NCBI GenBank assembly: GCA_029821255.1
Contig: JALGTS010000001.1
Coordinates: forward strand, 1 to 24,557
Direction of reading: 5' to 3'
Origin: Candidatus Zipacnadia bacterium
GTDB lineage: Bacteria; Armatimonadota; Zipacnadia; Zipacnadales; Zipacnadaceae
Length of the DNA stretch: 24,557 nt
The notes beneath the pieces are model-generated. The model saw nothing but the letters and a program-made list of their open reading frames with translations. It did not search any database and was not told the origin of the DNA. How positions within the stretch are numbered: position 1 is the stretch's first letter; each line of letters opens with the position of its first letter. Positions 17,706 to 24,557 of the stretch are shown in pieces. Both the position numbers and the translations under genes were made by a program.

Positions 17706-19415
17706 ATGATTCAGGATAGACTCGCTAATCTGATAAAGCAGGCGTATACGGCGGCATTCTCTGACGAAGAACGCGACAAGATTTCGGCGGACGAAATTCA
17801 GATAGAGACGCCCAGCAACCCTGAACACGGTGATTTTGCCTGCAATATCGCTATGCAGCTTGCCGGCGAGCTGGGGGCGAATCCCCGCCAGATCGCTGAG
17901 GAGTTGATCGCGAATCTTCCGGCTGATTCTCTGGTTCGGCGGGTAGAAGTGGCCGGACCGGGTTTCATCAATTTCCACCTATCCCCCCAGTGGCTGTACG
18001 AGGTTCTGGCAAATTGCCTATCGCAGGGTGAGGTATACGGATGTAGCAATGTCGGTGCGGGGCAGAAGGTGCAGGTTGAATTCGTCAGTGCTAATCCAGT
18101 CGGACCTATCCATATCGGCAACGCCCGGGGCGGGCCGTTTGGCGATACTCTGGCTAATCTGCTGGAAACGGCTGGCTACGAGGTGCAGCGCGAATATTAT
18201 CTCAACGATGCCCCGAGCAATACCCAACTTCAGATCTTTGGAGCTTCGGTGCAGTCGCGCTATCTCCAGCAGCTTGGGGAAGAGGTTGACTTCCCTGAGG
18301 AGGGCTACCACGGTGATTATGTGGTTGAGGTAGCGCAGGAGCTGGTTGATGAATATGGGGAGAAGTACCGCGATGTGCCCCGGAATACCGAGGGTGCGTT
18401 ATTCTTCTTTGATTTAGTTAAAGATAGGATGATTGAGCAGTTGCGCAGCGACTGTGCGGCGATGGGCATTAGCTTTGATGTCTGGTTCAGTGAAACTAAG
18501 TTGCACGAGGAAGGACTGGTGCAACAGCAGATTGACCAGCTGTTAAAGAGCGGGGCTGCCTACGAGAAGGATGGCGCAGTCTGGTTACGCACCGGTCAGT
18601 ATGGCGACGAGGAGGACCGCGTGCTGGTGCGGCGGGATGGTGCCCCCACCTATATTGCCTCGGACATTGCCTATGCCGCCGATAAGTTCTACACACGGGG
18701 CTTCGACCGCGTCATCTATGTCTGGGGGCCGGATCACTTCGGCTATGTGCCACGTATGAAGGCAGCGCTGGCGGCGATGGGTATTGGTATCGAGCGGGCT
18801 GAGTTTATTATCTATCAGACGGTGCGCTTCTTGGAAGGAGGCAAGCCGCTCAGTCTCTCCAAGCGGCGCGGCGATATCATCACTATCCGCGAACTAATTG
18901 AGGACATTGGCCGGGATGCGGTGCGTTTCTTCTTCCTGATGCGCAGCGTTGATGCCCATTTGGACTTTGACTTGGATCTGGCCCGCCAGCAGAGTGCTGA
19001 GAACCCGGTCTACTATGTCCAGTATGCTCACACACGGCTATGCGGCATCCTGCGCGAGGCCGAAGAGGCTGGCTACCTTGGCGATGCGGTAGCGGGGCAA
19101 GGATGCTCCTCTCACGGTAAGAAAGAGGCTGACCTCTCCTTACTGACTCACCCTGATGAGCTGGCACTACTGCGCAAGCTGGCTGACTATCCTGCGGAGG
19201 TCCTCCGGGCCACCCAGGAGCTATCGCCGCATCGCTTACCCCACTTTGCGCGTGAGCTGGCCCAGGCTGTACACCAGTTTTACACGAACTGTCGCGTCCT
19301 GGACTGCAATAATCCCGAACTGAGCCGTGCTCGGCTCAAGCTGGTTAAAGGCGCACGCATCGTCCTGGCTAACATCCTTGGACTGATGGGCATCACCGCG
19401 CTGGAGAGGATGTAG
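17706..19415 (+). CDS. argS: Arginine--tRNA ligase
   Basis: HGDFACN N-terminal domain, VEFVSANPVGPIHIGNARG (HIGH motif), LSKRRG, NPVYYVQYAH and C-terminal ALERM. Confidence 0.98.
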   Translation: MIQDRLANLIKQAYTAAFSDEERDKISADEIQIETPSNPEHGDFACNIAMQLAGELGANPRQIAEELIANLPADSLVRRVEVAGPGFINFHLSPQWLYEVLANCLSQGEVYGCSNVGAGQKVQVEFVSANPVGPIHIGNARGGPFGDTLANLLETAGYEVQREYYLNDAPSNTQLQIFGASVQSRYLQQLGEEVDFPEEGYHGDYVVEVAQELVDEYGEKYRDVPRNTEGALFFFDLVKDRMIEQLRSDCAAMGISFDVWFSETKLHEEGLVQQQIDQLLKSGAAYEKDGAVWLRTGQYGDEEDRVLVRRDGAPTYIASDIAYAADKFYTRGFDRVIYVWGPDHFGYVPRMKAALAAMGIGIERAEFIIYQTVRFLEGGKPLSLSKRRGDIITIRELIEDIGRDAVRFFFLMRSVDAHLDFDLDLARQQSAENPVYYVQYAHTRLCGILREAEEAGYLGDAVAGQGCSSHGKKEADLSLLTHPDELALLRKLADYPAEVLRATQELSPHRLPHFARELAQAVHQFYTNCRVLDCNNPELSRARLKLVKGARIVLANILGLMGITALERM

Positions 19416-19567
19416 TACAGCTCTAACAAGCCTCTGGTCGCCGTCTTTTACTCCTCGTTAATCCTCCAGTAACACCCTTGTTCTTCCCTGCCTCTGTAAG
19501 GTCTGGGCTTGGTCGCCGATGCTATTAGTAGTAGGCGCGGAGGGAGCGCCCATGGAGCAGAGAGAAG

Positions 19568-20650
19568 ATGGTTGCCCAGACAATTATTGTTCGTGCTGTG
19601 GTATGCTTTGTCATAGCCATGCTAACAATTGCGGGCCTGGCCGCGTCGGCCTACGCCAACGGCAGCTTAGTCTACTTGCCAATGGTAAGACAGCCCCCCG
19701 ACTTCAATGACTTCTGGCAGGATGCCCTTAGTGAGCTGGCGCAGTGGCCGCTTCAGCCGCAAGTCAACGGGAAGAATCTATCCTACTATGGTATGTACGG
19801 AAAAGTATGCACTGGTCCATATCATGTGCCCGCCGGCTGCCAGGTCACCCAGGCGGTAATACATTTCATGGATCACGGAGATATCGCCCAGCGTACGCCC
19901 TCCGGTGACGGCTTCGCTCACCTGGGGCTTTATTGGTATCCGCCAGATCAGAATCAAAAGTGGACACCCGAGGGCCTGCCTGATCGGCAGTGCTATATCC
20001 TACGCGAAGCCATCGTAGATGCCTGCCGGGCGGTTGATGCTGTGCTCAATCGCCCCGAGATAGTCGGCAAACGAGTTGGTCTCACTGGCGAAGGACTGGG
20101 TGGCTTGGTGGCGATGGCGGTTGCCGCTCTCAATATTGAGCGGACGAGCTTCGTGGTAGTTGAACAGCCTTGGCCGGTCTGCCATTACAGCCGGGACGGA
20201 ATGACCAAGCCGGCCCCATGGGTGGCAGCCGCTCTGAGTAAGTGGGAGGCCCATTATCCGCAGTGGCGGTCGGCTATGCGCACGGCAACTACTTACTTTG
20301 ACCTGTGCACCTTCCGCATAGCCGTTAAGGCTCCGGTGCTGGTGCTCAACAGTGAGCAATCCAGCTCGCCGGTACGTTCCCGCCTCGCGCCTGCACTTCG
20401 GGGCCGTGGACTGTGGGTTTTAGCTACAGCCGATAGCCACCAGGTGTCAGCAGATCGCCAGCGGCCGGCCACCTGGGAGCAGGTATGGCCGCAATGGGCA
20501 CTGGAGACCAATGAGCAGCGTTCACGGGAAGATGGGAGTGAAGAAGAGCAGGAGCCGGTCCAAATAGCTGTAACAACTGGGAGCAGCCCTTTGCTATCCA
20601 GCAATGATGAGCTTTTCGTACCCGCTGAACCGGTTGGCCTGAGCTGGTAA
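19568..20650 (+). CDS. Secreted acetyl xylan esterase (CE7/AXE1)-like alpha/beta hydrolase, apparently catalytically inactive
   Basis: PPDFNDFW, DACRAVD...RVGLTG and TYFD...APVL match AXE1. The nucleophile elbow reads GEGLG rather than GxSxG. Confidence 0.7.
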   Translation: MVAQTIIVRAVVCFVIAMLTIAGLAASAYANGSLVYLPMVRQPPDFNDFWQDALSELAQWPLQPQVNGKNLSYYGMYGKVCTGPYHVPAGCQVTQAVIHFMDHGDIAQRTPSGDGFAHLGLYWYPPDQNQKWTPEGLPDRQCYILREAIVDACRAVDAVLNRPEIVGKRVGLTGEGLGGLVAMAVAALNIERTSFVVVEQPWPVCHYSRDGMTKPAPWVAAALSKWEAHYPQWRSAMRTATTYFDLCTFRIAVKAPVLVLNSEQSSSPVRSRLAPALRGRGLWVLATADSHQVSADRQRPATWEQVWPQWALETNEQRSREDGSEEEQEPVQIAVTTGSSPLLSSNDELFVPAEPVGLSW

Positions 20651-20685
20651 CAGCGGTATCTCTGCTCCCTCCGCAGATCAGGCCT

Positions 20686-20724
20686 GGCCGCCTGCTGGAT
20701 AATTCTAGCGGGTGGCCTGTTTTT
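20686..20724 (+). terminator. Rho-independent terminator
   Basis: 14-bp stem GGCCGCCTGCTGGA/TCTAGCGGGTGGCC with G-U pairs that work only on the plus strand, TAAT loop, then TGTTTTT. Confidence 0.75.
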
Positions 20725-20753
20725 GTGGCATCCGTCGGTGTCGTACTAGTCAG

Positions 20754-22763
20754 CTATGGGGTGTTTAGTTTACTAAGGGTGTGTACCTCTTCCTGCATTG
20801 CGTGAACGAGGAACTTAAGCATTATCTGCTCCCCATAGTTGGAATCGGTGTAGTTGCTGAGATGATCCACAAGGCTGCGTCCGGGTTGGCCTGGTAGAAG
20901 CTTGTCGGGCTTGCTGTTACTATTAGTGGCGACGGCCATCACGTAGGCTACGTCGCCAAAACCGAGGCCACGGGCTTGACGCAGTTGCTCAACCTCCTTC
21001 GCATCAGCCCGCATGAAGTAAGCAATCAGGCGGTCCAGGGCAGGGCGCTGAGAAGGCGGAGCAGCCATGCCGGCTAGGTTGGCTTGGATAATAAGTGTGC
21101 GCACCGCTGCCCGCCGGGCGGGAATCCGGCATTTACGGCATGCCTCGGCAGCCTGTTGGGCTTGTCGGAAAGTGTCGCCGGCCAGGCTCTGCATATGCAT
21201 AGAGAGTAGGCTTATATCTTCATCCTCATCGCGGCTAAGCAAGTCGTGGATGGCGTCTACATTTCGGGCGGCCAATTGCTGAATCTGCTCAGCGCTGCCA
21301 GCTATTTGGCGTGTTTGGGTCTGGCTTTGCTGCAGATCGTTTATGGTAGCCCGGATTTCTTCCATACTGCGCTTGAGAACTGTGAGTTGTCCCGCCTCGC
21401 CATGCCCGGCAGCCAGCTTTTTGAGTTTTAGCTCCACCTGCGCGGCAGCGCTTTTCAGGTTAGCAGCAGTGGCAGCTACCTCCGGTGCTATAGACTCCAC
21501 CGAGTAGAGCACCTGGGAAGCCTTAGCTATGGCCTTGCCGGCGTCCAATAGTGCATTTTGGGCACGGTCAGCTATCTCCCCGCTACTTTCGGTCAACTCG
21601 GCGAGTTGGTCGCTAATTTGTATATTTGCTGCTGCAACTGGCTTTATGCGATTGTGCAACTGCTGGGCAAATGTTTCAGCGTCAACGGCGGCTGTGCTGG
21701 CTGATATGGTCAGCAGGTGAGCGTCGGACTGCAAATTCTGCGCGACTGCCGCCTCTGCAGGAGTTAATGCTGCAACTACTACGGGTGGGTGGCTCTCAAC
21801 CTCACCCAGGTGCTGCTTGGCATACTTGTTATTGTGGTGACTGGCCAGAATCACCTTGTACTTGTCGCTTGCCGCTTTGTGGCGGCCACAGGCGGCCAGC
21901 GCGTCAGCCATAGCTATCTGGATATACTCCTGGTCGGGAGCAAGAGCTGCAGCTTGCTGGAAGTATTTCAGAGCGGTAGCATAGCGGGCCCGCTGCATAT
22001 AGCCCTGTCCGATAGTGACAAGTGCCTCCACGTTCTTTGGGTCTAACTCGGGCATTTGGGTCTGTCGGTCAATGCGCCGCTTGGTAGGGGGGTGGGTGCT
22101 GACCATAACCTCTATGTAGCTGGGGGAGTGGCTTTCTTTCTCCTGCATTAGTCGCTGGAAGAAGTCCACTTCCCCGATAGGATTATAGCCGGCGCGATAG
22201 CTTAGCAGGCGGCCCTGATCGTCGGCCTCGTATTCATCTTTGCGGCTGTAGCGCAGGCTGAGTAGACCCAAGCCGATGCCAGCTATATCCCCCCATGTCC
22301 TGCTTTTATCGCTGATAACCGCGGTACCAATGCCGAAGAGAATGCTTTGTTTGAAGGATTTGATGATATCGCGGTTGACCACGTGGCCGATCTCGTGGCC
22401 GACTACGCCGGCGAGTTCATCGTCGCTTTCGGCAAAGTCCAACAGCCCCTCGGTAACGTAGATGTGTCCCCAGGGGCCGGCGAAGGCGTTCACCATATCG
22501 GTCTTCACAATCTTGAAGCTGTAGGGAATCTGCTGGCGGGTGGAGAAGGAGACCAGACGGTGGCCCATATCCTCCAGCCATACTGACAACAATGGATCGC
22601 GGTTGACCCCGTAGGTTGCCTCCACCGAGGCGGCTGTGCTGCTGCCCAGCATCTTCTCAATATCATCTTCCTTACAGCCTGAGAGCATCACCAGAAACGC
22701 CCCTGCCAGAAAGAAGCACAGAATAGCCGATGGTCTATATCTATCTGCTAGGCGCAAACTCAT
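20754..22763 (-). CDS. M48 family Zn metallopeptidase lipoprotein with TPRs and a long helical C-terminal region
   Basis: Lipobox LSGC, NAFAGPWG, HEIGH, EYEAD and THPP motifs; TPR-like segment followed by an Ala/Gln-rich helical region. Confidence 0.85.
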   Translation of the reverse strand: MSLRLADRYRPSAILCFFLAGAFLVMLSGCKEDDIEKMLGSSTAASVEATYGVNRDPLLSVWLEDMGHRLVSFSTRQQIPYSFKIVKTDMVNAFAGPWGHIYVTEGLLDFAESDDELAGVVGHEIGHVVNRDIIKSFKQSILFGIGTAVISDKSRTWGDIAGIGLGLLSLRYSRKDEYEADDQGRLLSYRAGYNPIGEVDFFQRLMQEKESHSPSYIEVMVSTHPPTKRRIDRQTQMPELDPKNVEALVTIGQGYMQRARYATALKYFQQAAALAPDQEYIQIAMADALAACGRHKAASDKYKVILASHHNNKYAKQHLGEVESHPPVVVAALTPAEAAVAQNLQSDAHLLTISASTAAVDAETFAQQLHNRIKPVAAANIQISDQLAELTESSGEIADRAQNALLDAGKAIAKASQVLYSVESIAPEVAATAANLKSAAAQVELKLKKLAAGHGEAGQLTVLKRSMEEIRATINDLQQSQTQTRQIAGSAEQIQQLAARNVDAIHDLLSRDEDEDISLLSMHMQSLAGDTFRQAQQAAEACRKCRIPARRAAVRTLIIQANLAGMAAPPSQRPALDRLIAYFMRADAKEVEQLRQARGLGFGDVAYVMAVATNSNSKPDKLLPGQPGRSLVDHLSNYTDSNYGEQIMLKFLVHAMQEEVHTLSKLNTP

Positions 22764-22912
22764 ATCTAACCACCCCCGTGGTGGCCTATCAAGCTATTGT
22801 CAACAAAGCTGTTTATAATATTAGACGCGCCTGCGAGCCAACAAGTTCCGCTTTATTGTAGCCCAATGGTGAGCTGCCGTCCACCGCAGCGTATCACAGC
22901 CAGTCGATTGGC

Positions 22913-22942
22913 TTTACATGCCGGGGTAGGGGGTGCTATAAT
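22913..22942 (+). promoter_or_regulatory. ruvC promoter
   Basis: TTTACA (22913-22918), 18-nt spacer, TATAAT (22937-22942) with TG extension. Confidence 0.65.
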
Positions 22943-22960
22943 CCTAATGGTGCTTAAACT

Positions 22961-23497
22961 ATGCGGATCATGGGCATTGACCCCGGACTGCAGCGCACCG
23001 GCTATGGGGTTATTGAGCAGCTTGGTAGTCGCGACTGCCGGTTGGTGGAAGGTGGAGTGATTGAGACTGACTCAACCTGGCTCCTGCCGCGCCGCCTGGC
23101 TGTCATCTTTGAGGGCATTGTCCAGGTCATCACTGAGCTGAATCCGGATATCGCCGTCGTTGAAAAGCTCTATGCCAAATATCGCCATCCCCGCACTGCT
23201 ATTCTGATGGGTCATGCTCGCGGCGTCGTCTATCTGGCAGCGGCCCGCAACTCTGTGGAGGTAGCTGCTTATCCCGCCTCTCAGATTAAGAAGTCGCTGA
23301 CCGGTAATGGCCGGGCTACTAAGGCGCAGGTTGCTGCTATGGTCACCCAACTCCTGGGGCTGCCTGAGCCACCCGCTCCTGCTGATGTCACCGATGCCTT
23401 GGCCCTGGCAATTTGTCACGCCCGGCCTACTCTGGACGGCAGCGGTCGGCGCGAGCTGCCCGAAGCCATTCGCCAGGCTATGGCCAGAGACCGGTAG
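22961..23497 (+). CDS. ruvC: Holliday junction resolvase RuvC
   Basis: GIDPG, VVEK, IKKSLTGNGRATKAQV and ADVTDALALA catalytic motifs. Confidence 0.97.
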   Translation: MRIMGIDPGLQRTGYGVIEQLGSRDCRLVEGGVIETDSTWLLPRRLAVIFEGIVQVITELNPDIAVVEKLYAKYRHPRTAILMGHARGVVYLAAARNSVEVAAYPASQIKKSLTGNGRATKAQVAAMVTQLLGLPEPPAPADVTDALALAICHARPTLDGSGRRELPEAIRQAMARDR

Positions 23498-23607
23498 GAC
23501 AGGCGTTTCGCCTGTCCACAATGAAGGTTGCATAGGTAGTTCATAGAATATCCACAAACGGAATGCCTGCTGCAGCAGAAGAGTGACGAGCGAGATGCCC
23601 GTCCTAC
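23494..23607. repeat. Inverted REP doublet (REPIN-like)
   Basis: GTAGGACAGGCGTTTCGCCTGTC (23494-23516) and an inverted copy at 23585-23607 (reverse complement GTAGGACGGGCATCTCGCTCGTC), 18/23 identical. Confidence 0.8.
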
Positions 23608-23726
23608 CAACAAGTAGCAGGAGGCGGCATTGCTGTGGCCATAGAGCTTGCCTACCTACCGTAGCTTTAGCGAAGGCGTCTCCTGCCGCGACCGATGGCA
23701 GCAATATAGAGAGGAACTGCTTACTT

Positions 23727-24341
23727 ATGATCCGCCGCATCCGGGGCGAATTGGTCGGTGTATATGCTGAGTCCGTGCTGATTGACGTGGGTGGCTTAGC
23801 CTACGAGGTCTATGCTCCCGCGCCGGTGCGCGAAGCCCTCAGCGACCGCGGCCTGGGCAGCACTGTGGAGCTGTTCACCTACTACTACCTGCAGAGCGAC
23901 GGCAACCGGGCTACGCCTTACTTGATCGGCTTCCAGACGGAGCTGCAACGCCAATTTTTTGAGCGGCTACTGGAGGTGCCGCGTATGGGTCCGATGGCGG
24001 CGCTGCGGGCATTTGTTTTACCGGTCGGCCGAATCGCCCGGGCCATTGAGTTGCAGGATACCGGTGTGCTGCGGTCGCTACCAGGTATCGGCCGGCAGCG
24101 CGCCCGCGATATGGTTGCAACCCTGCAGGGCAAGCTCGGCCAGTTCGTGGACATCGCTGAACTGCCAGAGGTGGAAGCGGCTGGCCCGCGCAGTGACCTG
24201 GAGGCTGATGCCTTGGAGGTCCTGACGCAACTGGGTCTGGCACGTAGCGACGCCCTGCGCAGCATAGTTGCCGTCACCACTGCCAATCCTGAACTGCAAT
24301 CTGCCGACGAAATCGTCCGCGAGGTTTTCCGAAAGCGCTGA
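23727..24341 (+). CDS. ruvA: Holliday junction branch-migration protein RuvA
   Basis: MIRRIRG...VGGLAYEV, two HhH motifs (VPRMGP, LPGIG), LQGK and domain III (LTQLG). ATG at 23727 follows GAGAGGA. Confidence 0.93.
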   Translation: MIRRIRGELVGVYAESVLIDVGGLAYEVYAPAPVREALSDRGLGSTVELFTYYYLQSDGNRATPYLIGFQTELQRQFFERLLEVPRMGPMAALRAFVLPVGRIARAIELQDTGVLRSLPGIGRQRARDMVATLQGKLGQFVDIAELPEVEAAGPRSDLEADALEVLTQLGLARSDALRSIVAVTTANPELQSADEIVREVFRKR

Positions 24342-24364
24342 CGGTAGGAGCACATAAATTACAA

Positions 24365-24464
24365 ACCGGTAAGACAGGCGTCTCGCCTGTCTCGGCTGCC
24401 AGTAGCACCGGCTTCCAGCCTGTGGAAGTTTGGCCAATAATCACAGGCAGGATGCCTGTGCCAC
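24365..24464. repeat. REP cluster: one single copy plus an inverted doublet
   Basis: 24365-24391 matches 23490-23516 at 25/27. GTAGCACCGGCTTCCAGCCTGTG (24402-24424) pairs with an inverted copy at 24442-24464 (19/23). Confidence 0.82.
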
Positions 24465-24498
24465 TGAGCGAATCAGTTTGGAAGAGGAGATGTTTGAT

Positions 24499-24557
24499 AT
24501 GCGTAGGTTGGCGTTGTGCGCGTTGGTCTTATTAGTAGTTCTACTGGGCAGCGCCGT
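24499..24557 (+). CDS. Start of a probable secreted protein, truncated by the window edge
   Basis: GAGGAG RBS, then MRRLALCALVLLVVLLGSA..., a typical Sec signal peptide. Confidence 0.65.
   Translation, partial: MRRLALCALVLLVVLLGSA

Noticed and set aside
19416-19520. Pyrimidine-rich spacer after argS with TGGTCGCC occurring twice
   Set aside because: No stable stem or recognisable motif; an 8-mer duplicate is weak evidence.
22764-22960. SOS/LexA box upstream of ruvC
   Set aside because: No match to the CTGT-N8-ACAG or GAAC-N4-GTTC boxes was seen; a lineage-specific box cannot be excluded.
23583-23726. 48-aa N-terminal extension of RuvA in the ORF track
   Set aside because: Translated REP sequence; the family start and RBS point to ATG 23727.
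23072-23740. 222-aa minus-strand ORF over ruvC and the REP spacer
   Set aside because: Antisense to ruvC, runs through repeat DNA, and has no family signature.
23490-24464. Repeated palindromes considered as a CRISPR array
   Set aside because: Copies are inverted, irregularly spaced and divergent, and no cas genes are present.

Overview
Bacterial chromosomal window; a diderm, polysaccharide-degrading lineage such as Armatimonadota is my inference from gene content, not something the sequence proves. Left: a 5'-truncated kdsC-like phosphatase converges on a DUF47-PiT phosphate transport pair. Positions 2333-14711 hold seven co-oriented minus-strand genes resembling a glycan-use locus: GH2, a clan GH-A hydrolase, a URO-D/MtaA-fold protein, a GH39/GH5-like hydrolase, a GH123/DUF4091-like protein, a Gfo/Idh/MocA oxidoreductase and a TIM-barrel isomerase. 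There is no sugar transporter or regulator among them. The right half is mostly core: mtaB, rpmB, DUF1385, argS, a catalytically degenerate CE7/AXE1-like protein, a long M48 peptidase lipoprotein, ruvC and ruvA. ruvA is flanked by inverted 23-nt REP doublets and is not followed by ruvB. Best leads: the URO-D-fold gene inside the hydrolase cluster (apparent ATA start, non-Cys metal site), a candidate ~100-nt sRNA between mtaB and rpmB, the esterase pseudoenzyme, and the REP doublets. No CRISPR array, tRNA, rRNA or transposase was seen.
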